Of a stretch of 64,000 bases of DNA, positions 11,285-24,318 are shown piece by piece. Both the position numbers and the translations under genes were made by a program. Origin of the DNA: Pseudogymnoascus verrucosus (taxonomy: Eukaryota); the NCBI GenBank assembly GCA_001662655.1, contig KV460216.1, one strand, 5' to 3'. Each line of letters starts with the position of its first letter. The first letter of the stretch is position 1. The notes beneath the pieces are model-generated. The model worked only from the letters and a program-made list of their open reading frames with translations. It did no database searches and had not been told where the DNA came from.

Positions 11285-12533
11285 ATGTCTCTATCACCTC
11301 CAGAATCAGTCCGAAGACCGAGTCAAGCGCCAGCTTCGGCTCAAGACACAATCCAAACTACACCACTGGATTGGTCATCAACCGCACCGTCTGCACCGCA
11401 AGGTTCCACGAAATCCCTACTTGAAAAAGAATCAAATATTCTAAGCACAGATGCTACTACGAATGTTTCAACAGCAAGTGATCCGACTAATGCTCTGACT
11501 TCAAGCGACTCGGCTCTAAATGAGCCAACTGAGCAAGAAATTGCGGAGAACCCCTGGAAATACAGTATGTATTGGATCGCAGCTCCGTAGTTTGCAGTCA
11601 TAGCTGGACTTAAGTTATACAAGATATATATGTTAATCTGCTACTTTAGTTGGCTATCCGCAATTCTCCCGATGGGTCGCCTCAGATCAAGCATGGTTTA
11701 TCACCCGACGTTTCAGCACCCTTAACGCTCGAGTAATACTTTTACTTCAAGACAGAATTGTCGAGCTCGAGGATAAACTTAACGCTCTGGATGAGGTCTA
11801 TAGTCTGCCCCGTAATATTATCGGCGACGAAGACTTGACGCACAATGGCTCTTTTCGAATAGACCGCGAGTCTCAGCGGACAACGGTGTTAAATGATCTA
11901 AGTAAAGCATTGGCCCAATATAGTAAGCAAGAAGAGAATCACAGAATATAATACGCAAAACTGATATTTCTACGAATAGACTCCTTTGTCAACGAATACT
12001 CGCAACTTGCGTCTCGTCCATCAGTGAGAATGGATGACGTGAAGGCCGTGCGTCAGTGGCTAGCTAACCACGAATCTGCTATTGACGATCTTGAGGCTGC
12101 CTATATCAATGAAAACCACAACGATGACCTCATCCCCGTCCACCCAAAACCACGATCCTGGTTTAGAATGGTCCTTGAGAAATCATCTATACTACGCCAT
12201 CGCCCACTGAAACGGTTCCTTTCACGAGAACCGTCTGACCCCTTGATAAAGAAGAAAGATGAGGGACAAACTGTATGGCATAATGATCGGCGCGTCGAAC
12301 GTCTTTCTGCAGTCGTTATTGGCATAGTTGGACTTTCGATGCTAATTGGACCGATCTGGGCATTGTATGAAGTGGAACCTAGTAATAAGAGGCTGGGTAT
12401 TATTACTGGGTTTATTGTGGCTTTCTACATTCTCGTAGTAATTGCAACTACGGCGAAGTTGTTTGAGAGCCTGGCAGCCGTGGCGGCGTACTCGGCGGTC
12501 TTAATGGTGTTTATGCAGATACAAAAGCAATGA
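11285..12533 (+). CDS. DUF6594-like membrane protein (introns ~11565-11649, 11923-11979)
   Basis: Spliced PWKYIGYPQFSRWVASD...RRFSTLNARVILLLQDRIVELEDKL and three C-terminal TM helices ending AAVAAYSAVLMVF. Confidence 0.8.
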
Positions 12534-13487
12534 CTATTTCTAGTTTTGTTCTTAGCTATAATGGGGAATGTTTATACTCCCGTGCTGTTCTAGTCGATAC
12601 CGATTTAATGTAATTGCTACAAGCTCTAGGTTATAGCGTCCTAGGAAATCATCTTTGGATGCGCTCTCTGTCTAAGACCAAGTCGTTAAGGGGCCATGGT
12701 AGGGGTATTGTATGTGAGACTACGAACCCTTTTCCAGGACTGGGCTTGAGGCGCCCAAAAGCCGCCAGACTGAGAAATCGCCTATATAAAACGCATGGGT
12801 CACTCAACAAGAAAAACCAAGGGATCTATTGGCGATTAAAGTTGGCGGGAATAGCGTAAACATGAAGACGATGCCTTCTTGTATGGCTGTTGATGTTGTA
12901 CATGGGTGCCTTGAGACAAAAGCCGAAGTGCCCCACTGTGGGGAGTAGTCTGGCAGCGCTAGAGACGCCATGGGCCGCCAGCCGCCTTGTCAATTGTAGA
13001 TCCCGCCACTAATTTTAGACCTAACATCTGAACAAATAGGCCAACGGCGACTCCAGAGATCCCGCCCTTCACCCAGGCCACGCCGCTGCTGACGACGTGC
13101 AACCAGACTGAATTATTTTGACAACTGCAAGATAATATTGCAACCGATGCGCGGCTAACTTTGAAACCGTAGTATTTACACATTTCTAGCGAAGTGCAGA
13201 TGATCGCAAAGGCCTCTAATGTGGCAGGATTGTGGCGAAGTGTAGATCCAACCCTCTTCGCGGGCTAACCCACGAACCCGAACCAGAATAGATTATTTAC
13301 GCAGCATGGCTGCCTTCGTTCCTCCTTCTTCTACACATATCTTGAAGTCCTGTTGTGTGATCCCCCTCGCACTCCCACAGACCTACCAGCACCTTTACCT
13401 CGCTTTAAGGATAGCATCCTGATGAACTGAAGCATAGCCGTTGTATTTTTCCTTGATCAAGACACCCGAAAGGTGGCCCAAATAAAT

Positions 13488-14305
13488 ATGGAGTCCAGAT
13501 CTCCTCGGAAGTCAAAAGGCGTTGGATCCAGTGTCCAGACACTTCGATGTCGGCAAAGGTCAATATGGTTGTTAGCATTATACCTCCCATTACTTGTCGT
13601 TCCATGGATTGCGACATGTATTCTTATGTCACGGCCAATAGGCCTGTCATCATACATTGACCAACAAGGGCGTTATTCTCCTGACGATGTACGAAACATG
13701 GAGCGGTGGCTCAAATCAGTCGATGTCTTGGGAAAAATCTCTGGAGTCTTTGCAGTTCCTGTCAACTCTGCACTTCTTGCTCAAGCTGCGGTCCGGTATT
13801 CCCAGCGTCAAAAAGCAATCCAGAGCCTAAGTGTAGAGCAACTCTTTACGCTCGCAGACCGGGCTTGGGCCGATGCCATTCTTTTATACAGGGCATATAG
13901 GCACCCAAGTATGAGATCACGCTTACTCTGGCTTGGGGCCGCTCTAGTGTTTATAGGTGAGAGAATTCCCTTGATACAATATGATTCTTACAACACTAAC
14001 ATCGTTTAGCTGTCATCCAGCCACCTATTCAGTCTCTGCTAGTCCAGATTGAACCAACCATGGTGGTCATGTGTAATGACACTCCCATTGTTGTGTTAAG
14101 CAATAGTCCCTCCTGTGATAACACTGGAGTTTCAAATAAAGTCGTAGGCTATAACCCTGAACCAGGAGACCTCGAAACTTGCCCACAAGATGTTGTGGTT
14201 CAGCGGTTGGAGACAATCCAATCGCATTCGGCTGGATCACCCACTTGCCTGATCCTTCAACGATCACGTCGTTGGATTTGGATTCCATCCGAGAGACACA
14301 TCTAG
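13488..14305 (+). pseudogene. 5' half of a fungal multi-TM hypothetical gene, truncated at ~14210
   Basis: TM helices, SALLAQAAVRYSQR..LFTLADRAW, intron 13957-14009, QPPIQSLLV..CNDTP..VVGYNPEPGDL; the frame then runs into unrelated sequence and stops at 14305. Confidence 0.55.
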
Positions 14306-14913
14306 GTCGAATTCTGTCGGTGACCCCAGGGCTTAAAAGTCTTACGTGGGACTGGTTCCACAACTCTCAGTCTAGAAATTCATCGAACACACCGCTAATT
14401 GACCTTGACGAGGTTGCTACCGCACTTATTCACGTTCGTAATACGCTGAAGCAGCTATCTATTACTGCTGATTGTATTTTCCATACCGGATGGGGAACTA
14501 GTGAATTTCCAGTCCTGGAGATAAAGGGGTCCTTAACCCCTCTGGTTGACTTCAATCAGTTGGAAAGTCTTGACATCCCACCACTGCCATTTCTTGCCAG
14601 TTTTACACCAAAGACTGGAATTCAGCTTGAAGACGTGGTTCCTAGGAATGTTAAGCACCTGCGAATCTCAGATGACTTAGAGATGCACGAGCGGTATGAT
14701 TGGGACGACACATCGCTTTTACGCACCATAGAATCATGGCGGAACAGTTTGAGAGCCTCTAACCCCAATCTAAGCACTATTTCTCTTTGGGTAAACGGGA
14801 AGAATTCCGACTGGTGCCCTGAGACAAGAGGGGAATTTCAAACACTATGTGATAAACACGGAGTTAGGGCGAAGGTGGGCAAATTATTTAATGGCGTGTA
14901 TTATGGCATGTAA
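14206..14913 (+). pseudogene. 3' half of an F-box/LRR-like protein gene lacking its N-terminus
   Basis: Different frame: DNPIAFGW..ITSLDLDSIRETHLGRILSVTPGLKSLTWDWF...LKQLSI...LESLDIP...VKHLRISDDL, an LRR-like periodicity. No credible start. Confidence 0.55.
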
Positions 14914-15046
14914 TAAATTATGAAAACTATTTGGCACGCCTCGAAAGCTACGTGGGAACTCTTTGAAGATCCTGCCAGAAGTCGATTCCGTGGCTGTCAG
15001 ATCTCAATGAAAAACATGGAATAATTTTGCACAGGAGGTACTTGTC

Positions 15047-18000
15047 CTACATAAGGGTATCTCCATCTATTGAGAATGATGTTGCCCCATGGCTGAGAAG
15101 TAAGGCTTTAATCCTCCCTAATTTGAAGCCATCAGGCATACCCTCATTTCCATTATTTCCATAGGGGGTGCCTTGAGAATTTTCGAATATTTGAAGAGGA
15201 CTATCGCCATGTAGCGCGTTAAATTGACCTAAATATGTGTCGTCTTCCCATTTAGCACCGAAATTATTCCCAGTGTCGTTAGAGTTTGCACCAGCTTCAA
15301 GAAGCATCCGGCATCCTTCGTAATCTGATGTTACAACAGCGATTTGTATTGGTGCCACATAGTAATCCATTCCCGTTGGATCAGCGCCAATTTGTAGTAA
15401 CACCTCAACCGGGCAAGACTGTCTGCAATTTTTCTCGTGGATGTGGGACCCGATGTATGATACGAGTAACGCCGAAGGATCGGTTTCTTTACACCTGTAG
15501 CTTAGAAAAAATCCAAATGCTTCAGGGTAAAAGAAGCCTAATTGTGCGAGGATTTCGAGTAATTGACCAGAAAACACGTAACGAGCGGAATCTTTTCCGG
15601 GCTGCCTGTTCACGACTATTTCGAAGGCTAAGTGCGTTGTTGTCCATGCCTGAAGTATTTGTGCGCCATGGTCCGGCTGTTTAGTGAAAACTAAGTTCTT
15701 AGTCCACAATAGTAGGAGAAATATTGCACCAACATCTGCTGGGGGAGGTGATTTCCACTCGATTTCCCAGAAGGTTGAACCTGGGTCATAGCGATGCTTA
15801 TCATCATATAGCAAAGTGCTAGTGCTGATGAACGAGTGTAAATCTTCAAGACAACGAATGAAATAAAAAAGCGGGTTGTAGTGAGGTGCAGATGGGTTAT
15901 ATAGGGCGAATACAAGTGCGTTTAAATCTTCTCGCCTACTAATTTGTTCGGACCAGTGATTTATTGATAGAACTGCTGACGCGGCGCAGTATGCGGCGAA
16001 GTTCTCGATCAACTTCCTGTTGTTCCAGTCTTCTGTTTCTCGTATTTCGTCAGAGCAATTTGAGGGTATTACGCAGGAGTCCTGGTTTATGCTCCTATCA
16101 ACGTCGTTTTGGAGGAAATTATCTGCTGAGTATGAAATTTCTTCGTCGCTACCGTGTCCATCTCTGTAAGTAGTAGGATTGAGCGCTATAAGGATTGCTG
16201 CCTTTACTGAATCTAGCGGAATATGATCTTTCGGAAATGAAAAATAAGAAGCGCGGCTTCTAGATATGCGCTCCGAGTCAAGGAATTCGAGTACAGTGTA
16301 ATGGGCAAACGATATAGAGGGAGGCCTAAAGACAAGGTCGTCGTTCTCAACCTCGTCGTCATCATCGTTCTCTTCGTCCTCGCTGTCGTCGCCCTCATAG
16401 TCTTCGTCTGCACCCTCATCATACTCATCCTCGTTATATTCGTCCTCGTCTTCGGAAACCTCGTTGTCATCCTCGCTCTCATCCTCGTCATCAGTTTCCG
16501 CGACTCCAATAAAGCCAAATGGGCGTCCATTTGATATGGTAATGAGACAGCCACATAGCTCTCTAATGGTTGTTTCATCGTAAAAGTTACCATTGCCATA
16601 TGTATCCGAGAGAGGATTCTTCTCTAGTGCTTGAATTACTATTCCACATGGGACTTTAGCTCCATAAAGTTTACTGTGAAATAAAGTCCATTCGAAAACC
16701 TGCCGGACAACTGCCCAGTCCTCCTGGGGGATCTCAAGAAATATTCTTTCATAGGTCTCATCTAGCGTCTTCGGTAAGTTGTGGAGAGCTTCCATAATAA
16801 TGAGGCGTTCGGGCTTCATTCGCTGTAGCCGGTCGATCTGGCAAACAGCCCAGCGGAACCTAATATATTAGTTTAGATTCTAGACACTTTTAAATTAATA
16901 AAAAAAACTTACATTCCTTTTGCCTTGGTTGGTATTGTATTTTCGACCTCTTCAAGAAGCTGCTGGGGCCAGCGTAAAAATCTAATATTTCTCTGCAACT
17001 CTACTTGCACATAAGATCGGATGTCGTTGGTAACATCTTCGTTATCCATCGAAACAGCACATGATATATTTTCGAGCGCTGTTTCAATATCGACATACTC
17101 TCTACTAGTTGCCAGAAGTCGTATCTTGGCAAACCGTGGATCAGTTGCCAAATCCCTGAGCATCTTGAGCAGATCTTGTCGTGGAGACATGCTTTCGTCG
17201 ACTGCATCTATAACAACAAAGACACATTCAAACTCTGCGAGGCAACTCTCGAGGATATCTAGAAGATCTAGAATACTAGGTTGTAATCCGGATTTGAATT
17301 GCTCGTACGCCGTTATAGGGACCGAGTTTGATTTTCGGAGCAGTTGGCTCACAATCCAGTGGAGCAAAGGGTATGCTTCATTCTGGTTGTGGGTGTACGA
17401 GCAGTAGTAATACATACAGCCGTATTGTTTCCTGACGGTGCGACAATGCTTCGAAATGGTTTCTATTAAATAGGAAGCCAAAACGGTCTTGCCTGCACCA
17501 GGAATACCATGAATCCATAAGAACTTATTGTCACCGCAAATCCAGTCTTTCCAGTCTGAGGACTGTAGCATCCAGTCGCCAGTTCCTACTACATAATGTC
17601 CATAGGCGACATTGTGTAGTGGGGAAGGATCAGTTCGTTGAAACCATGCGGAAATGTCTCTCTTTTGGTTATCTATTCCTGGTAAGCAAAAATATAAATT
17701 ATTAAGCCCGAGGCAGCTATTCGAACCTGTTAAGTCTTCTTTAATCCAAGTCGTTGTATCTTTAATCATCTTGATATCTTGGCTAAACGACTTAGATTAG
17801 TTATGTATAGTAGATACAACCAGTTGAATTGTACATAGAGCTCCTCACCTAGATTCCGTAGTGAGTGTTAAACTGATGGTTGTCTTGCATCTGGCAATTT
17901 CACTCATTAACTTTGCGGCCTTGCTTTCCTTCAGGGGCCAAGCTAAGGTAATCAATGCCCTCTTTGCTTTGTTACGCATTGGTTGGTTTGCCTTGGAGTC

Positions 18001-18300
18001 AGCCGCCTGAAGACGATCCTGCGATGGGATCAGTTTCTCTAGCTCAAGCACTAATTTATGTGAATGGTCGATAGGCCCATCTGTATTGAACAGAGCATTC
18101 AAGTTGGTCGATTTCTTGGCATCGGGTAGATTGCTGATAAATTGGAGAAACTCCAGAATGGCTTTGAACGAAGAAATTTCTATGAGAATCGACCGCAAGT
18201 CTAATGGGGCGCCATCTGCCGTTTCAATGTAAAACTTGCACAGCCCAACCACTCTGTCGGCGACCTGGATGATAGCGATAATCGTTCCAACGCTATCCAT
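15047..18300 (-). CDS. Fungal NLR-like STAND protein: HeLo-like/SesA N-terminus, NACHT, winged helix, ankyrin (introns 17783-17848, ~17675-17728, 16860-16912)
   Basis: N-terminus MDSVGTIIAIIQVADRVV...LAWPLKESK; GTGDW; Walker A GIPGAGKT; Walker B VVIDAVDES; GMFRWAVCQ; LPKTLDETYERI; AHYTVLEFL; ankyrin-like LLQIGADP, LLEAGAN, LLLSHGA. Confidence 0.9.
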
Positions 18301-18892
18301 TGTGCAGAGTGAGACTACCTAGGTCTGAACGCTGTAAAATTGCAGGTGATAGTGATTGGAAGCATTTACAAATGCCGCAGATGTCTTGTCTTGAAGAGTT
18401 GCGACAAAAAACAGTTACAACAAGGCTGTGAGCGGATCTATTGTGGTTAGGCATCAGCCGTGAGTGAGCCTTTCTTATTCCAATCAGCACATGATCTGCG
18501 ACGTACAACTCGTGGCGCAGTGTGCCTATTTATAGCATTAATCATTCAGTAAGGAACTGCGAGTGGAATTTGAGTAGTAGAATGAAAGTTGTAATATTTG
18601 CGCATTATTTACACCCAAACTGGAAGGAGGCCATCTGTTGCGACCTCGGTGAACAGAGAGGTAATAGACGCACAGGCCACCTTCATCAACCCAACTCAGA
18701 GTAAAGGGCGCGAAGCTGACCCATGTGCGGGGCACAGCAACCACAGAAGTTATGAGAAGTAGTATAACCAAAATAATGTGTTTGCTGTCTTGTGAAAGCA
18801 ATTAAAAGGGGCCGCCCTCCTCCGTCATCTTTCTTTTTTTCCCCATCGTTCTCTTCATCGCTGTTAAATGATTATATTGAAAATAGCTCAAA

Positions 18893-21300
18893 ATGTCCGA
18901 ACGAGGCAGTTCTCTCCAGTATCACAGGAGTGAGGGATCATCGTCTCAAAGCATTGTATGCCTAAATCCCCTTACCATGTTCCCGGGTATGAGATTATAG
19001 AGTAACAAATTCCAGTCCGAGATGAGTATCGATTCGGACTACACCCCCGAGTTCAGCCTGGGCATGAGGCCGGAAACGAAGCAGCTCTATCGACCCGACG
19101 ATAGATCAACTTGGGATGAGTGGAACCCTGGTAATATCCACACCGATGCAGAGGCTGGCTCCTTTTCCCAGGAGTGCGCTCTCATCGTCCGCCGTGAACC
19201 GCATCCGAGCAACAACAACCAAGCCGCGTTGCATTCTATTACTGTTCAAAGCCCGTTGATCAAGAAGGTTCTCGAGGGCACGTTTGAGGGATTTGAGGGT
19301 CTCAATACGCAGTTGAAACAGCTGACTTTTAAGGCTCCCTTTCACCCTTTCTACTATCGCTGGCACCGCTTTGAGAAGCTTCGCCAGGATGAGCAGGACC
19401 AGGACACCAAGAACCACCTCGATTTGCTATATGCCATTCTGAGCAAGGAAATTTTGCCACATATAGAGGCCATGGAAGATCTCACCAAAAACAAGGTGAT
19501 AAGCTTTGACTACTTATGGACCATCTTTTCGCCGGGAATGGAAGTGTACACCAAGATTGACGGCCACGACCGCATCGTGTTACTGAGGGATAGTAGGTAC
19601 GGAGCTAACATGAGTGGGGAGTACTTTTCCCTGGAGTGTCGGTATATCGACTGCAACGGTTCGAGGTTTGGATACGTCGAAACCTCACTAGAAATCAATT
19701 CATTTGACGGCGTGAAGAAACTCGTGGATCTCGATGCGTTCCCTTCCCACCTTCATCCTGATGTCGAGGGGCTTGTGAGTAGATTGCACGCGCGCGGCGA
19801 CAATCTCGAGCAACTCAATGGATTCCATCATATGTCGTATTCGGGGTTTTACACAGCCAGGTCCACGAGACAGGTTCGGAAACGACATGTAAGTGCTGGC
19901 CTGTGTGCTGGCGGCCGCACTATGCTCACTGATCGTTTTATATAGGTAGAAAGTGGTCGTATCATCATTGACCCGCACACTTTCAATATTTACGGAATGC
20001 CGGGACCTAATATTGAGTCGATCGAGTCCGATGCGTCAACAAATTCTGCCGATGACAAGTTATTCGGCGGAATTCGCAATGTGATATACAAGGCAACAAG
20101 CCAGGCATTCCAGGAATATGAAAACGCCTTGAAAAGGCTCGGGAAAGACCAGAAAAGCAGTAAGCAATCTTCTTATGTATTTTAACCACTGTGGCCGTGA
20201 TTAATCCCTCGCCAGCCAAAACTTTGAGTCCCAAGCAACGGTTGCTCTGCACTCCGATTGTTCGAGGCTACTGCCTGACATCCAAATCCTGGGGTAAGGC
20301 TCCAATTCGAATGGGACGGCGATTTGTGCGCTAATGTGTATATTCATTTCCCAGCCGAGTTTGACATTGAGAACGTTGGCCCAGTACGCTGGAGTGGGAA
20401 TGCATTCGCCAGACTCGTTCTCCCTCATGGGTATAAGGACATCATCCGTGCTTTTGTTCAAGAGCAACTCTCTCGCGACGATGATTTCGATGATATTATC
20501 TCCGGAAAAGGTTGGGACGGCTGTTATTACCCATTCTTGCACGAAGTAAGCTGCTAATAGAACAAACACAGGTCTTGGCTTTATCATGTTGCTCAGCGGA
20601 GATCCAGGAGTTGGGAAAACCCTCACGGCAGAATCTGGTCAGTTTACCCTGTTTCATAACTGATGGATCATGCCGTGCTAAATTAGCCTAGTTGCTGAAG
20701 AGATGCACCAGCCACTTTACTCGATGAGTGCTGGTGAACTGGGAGAGACAGCTGCTGAGGTGGAAGACTCCCTCGAACTCGTTCTTGAGCTTACTAGCAA
20801 GTGGAATGCTATTCTTCTCCTCGATGAATGTGACATGTTTTTGGAGGCCCGTACAACTGCCGACATAAGGCGCAACCGCCTCATATCTAGTGAGTTTCAT
20901 CTGTTTCCCTTGGCCATATATGCTGTTCGGCGCTTACCATCCACCTCGCCCAGTTTTCTTGAAAAAACTCGAGTACTACCGCGGTGTAATGTTCCTCACC
21001 AGCAACCGCATCAGCGACTTTGACCCTGCGTTCGAATCCCGGATTCATCTCACAGTTCACTATCCAGCCCTGGATACCGCCAGCAGGCTGCATATATGGA
21101 AGACGTTTGTCAGGATGGGGAATTCGGACAGTCGGCTGAGCGATAAGGACATAGCAATTCTGGCGAAGAATGAGATTAACGGGAGACAGATCAAGAATAT
21201 CATCAAGACGGGTAGATTGCTTTCGAAGCAACAGAAGGTCCCTTTGGGTATGGAACATGTGGAGATGGTGTTGAAAGTTAAGAGGGGGGATTTTCGTTGA
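18893..21300 (+). CDS. Fungal AAA+ ATPase with long N-terminal domain (multi-exon)
   Basis: Walker A GDPGVGKTLTAES, Walker B LLLDECD, LEYYRGVMFLTSNR..FDPAFESRIH, NGRQIKN; N-terminal ISFDYLWTIF region; canonical introns. Confidence 0.9.
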
Positions 21301-21457
21301 TGGGAAATGGTACACAGAACATTTTAAAACCTTCATTAGATCTATTGGCTTATGTTAGAGAAATGTTCATTGGAGTATGTAGGTCAATGATATTCTATCC
21401 TATATGTCTGATACCATATATCTTTTGTAAGTTGTGTAATCCCGCCGTGTAACCTCG

Positions 21458-23412
21458 TCACATTATTTCACTGGCGAACTTAGATCGTCTCCGAATAGCC
21501 GGGCCATAGAGGATTAGAACCCATGGAACAAGAGCCAAGAGAATAGCCTAGCGACATAAAATCAGTATTTGTCAAACACAGTGCACGGAATCAAACTCAC
21601 AATCCCACCCAACATACTACACGCGGCGCCAATCCCCAACCCCCCGAACAACGCCGCCGTCACAAGCGGAAACACTGCACCCAACATATTCCGACAGAAG
21701 CTCTGCGCCGCCAGGGCACTACTAGCATACTTATGATACACGTCGGCCAGATAGTTGAATGTAGCGAGGTACACGGCATAAATGCCCATGGTCGCGATCG
21801 TAACGCCGATGCACGGCACGAACCAATGGATTCCAGGGTTCGCCGTCCATCCTAGCCAGAACAACCCTATCGGTAGGAGCGGGGAATGCAGACACGCGAT
21901 GGCGAGGCGAATTTCGGGATCATCTTCCGTGGGTGGCGGGTGGCCGGGGCGGAGGCGCGAGAAGAAGCGGGCTAGTGCGAGGGCATGCGAGTCTTGGACG
22001 ATGGCGAGGTAGGAGGCGAGTATGCCGCCGATGGACATGGCAGCGAAGACGGCGCCGCATTCTTGGAGATTGAAGGAGTAGGTTGTGCGGAAGATGAGGG
22101 GGAGGGAGGCGAAGGTTAGGTAGAGGACAGCCCAGGCAAATGACACCCATAGCGAGAAGAAGAAGACGACTGGTTCGGTGGCGAGGAGATCTGTGGTTGT
22201 TAGTTGGATATTGTAAATGGGACAGAGAGACGAAAAGGGTTAAGATGACATACGAATAGGTCGCCAGACGGAAATCTTGATCATCTTCATGAGCGATTCG
22301 CGCTCTTCATCCGCCTTGACGCGCCACCTGATCCGCTGGGGAACCTCACCACAACCACTCTCATCAGGCATATCAAACCCCACATAACCGGCCGCCTCTC
22401 TCGCCTCATACCACTTATTCAGCGCCGCAGCCTTTTTGCTCAACAACACGCTCCCCCGCGACTCCTTCAGAAACAAAATGACGGCTAAAATCACAACACC
22501 ACACATGATAGCTTGCACCCAGAACACCCACCGCCAGGGCAGGTGCTGTGCAATCGCACTCGCAATAAGCGGCCCCATTCCAGTCCCGAATATCGCAGCA
22601 CCGGCAAACAACGCCATAGGGGTGTTCCGCTCATTGGAGCTGTACAGGTCGCTGATAACGCCACCGATCATGGATGAGAAGACAGATGAGCCGCAACCGG
22701 AAAGAAAACGCATCACAATCATCCCCGCAAGACTAGGCGTCAGCGCGCACGCAATCTGAAAAGCTTCGAACACGATTCCGGCGCCGACGAAAACGGGGTA
22801 GCGGCCCTGGATCTCGGAGAGGGGTGCCAGGACCATGGGGGTGATGGCGAAGCCGACGCAGAAGGAGGTAATGCCTGTGAGGACGGCGATCTCGGAGGAG
22901 GCAAACTCGCGAATCATGCCGGCGGCGGGGGGAGCGTAGGAGCCAGCATTGTAGGCGGCGACGAAGGTGGCGACGGAGCCGAGATAGACGGCAAAGCGTT
23001 TGCGGAGAGGGGACCAGAGGAGGGGGTCGGTGAAGGGACTTAGGTTCGGACATGGGGGCGGGGGGGAAGAAACGGATGATGGGGAGCTGGAGGCGAATGG
23101 AAGAGGAGTTCCGAAGGTGAGATAGTGGTAGGTGATGGGTGTTTCGCCATTGAGACCGGTGTGGGTGGTAGTTGACGTGCTGGGGTTGCTGCCGTCATAT
23201 TTCTCGTGGTAGGGGACATCTGCTATCTGTTCGTTGAGGCTCGGCGATGAATCTGAGCGCGGTGACGCATCGCGAATTGGCAGCTTTTCAACGGAGGAGT
23301 CATGGTGTTCTACTCCGGGCTGTGACTCAACAGTCTGCTGTTTGCCCTGGACTCTTCCATCGTCTGAAGTTCCGGCATCTCTCTCACTCGCTTCTAGCTT
23401 CTTCATTACCAT
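21458..23412 (-). CDS. MFS transporter, DHA1 drug:H+ antiporter family
   Basis: DPLLWS..RK, LAPLSEIQGRYPV, GGVISDLY..ER, WRWVFW, PEIRL, YLADVY..YASSALAA, PW..YGPAIRRRSKFA. Confidence 0.92.
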
Positions 23413-24318
23413 TACCAGCAGCGACGGCAGCTCCAATCCAACTCGACAAAGTATGAAGAAGAAGAGACATATATACTAGGACAAACGGTATATTACAAAG
23501 CCCACCTACCCCCGCCTTTTTTGTCAAGACAAGGGCGTGAAACCCACCCCGTAAACGGAAGTATCATAGCCGCGACCACCATTCCGCCATCCGATGCAAG
23601 CCTTTTACGTTATCCGGCCCCCCTCAAAAAAAGAGACGTGCGCTTGCATTGGCAATGGCTGAAGAAAACCATGATGAGTGGCTGCATGTGCCGTGCCATG
23701 TGGGCCAAAGCGGAGAGATATTGCAGATGTGGACGAGGATGTTATTCCCGCGGTGCTGGCATTCCCGTCTTAGCGAGGCGCGATGTTACTGGGCTTCTAT
23801 CTGTAGCCAATCTGGATGGCGAAATACGATCTGGCGTGGGTTTTAGTGTGTTTAGCGCGGGAAGGTGCGGGCCTCCTCATATCCGAGCTTGTTGCCGAAG
23901 AACACCGATATACGGAAGGTACAACCCAGAGTAAGCTTTGTAATTGGAGACGGAAGGAGCTTCTTTCCTACATTGGTAATCACTTGTACAGTAAAGGCAA
24001 GAAATCGGGATTGATAAGCAAAATGGTGAAGCCACAGACGAGTTAAGGATTTGGAGATTTGGAATTTGGAGATTCAGAGATCAACGTAAGAGGGGGAGAA
24101 CGATGAGGATAGCATCACAATGAAGGCACATAAATGTTGGTAAGATTGGTCACAGCCTAGCTCTTGACTCGAACCCATACGTGAACATTCCTCTCGTCGG
24201 TGTTGCGCTCAGAGCGGAGATCATCTCCCTTTCCTCACCCTCAACCATCCCAGCCACTTCCTTCGACAGCTCCTCGCCAATTCCCACATGGATAGGCTGT
24301 ATTCAAGCACTTCCCACA

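Noticed and set aside
24160..24240. tRNA-like GGTTCGAGTC on the minus strand
   Set aside because: The flanks do not form a T-stem or cloverleaf.
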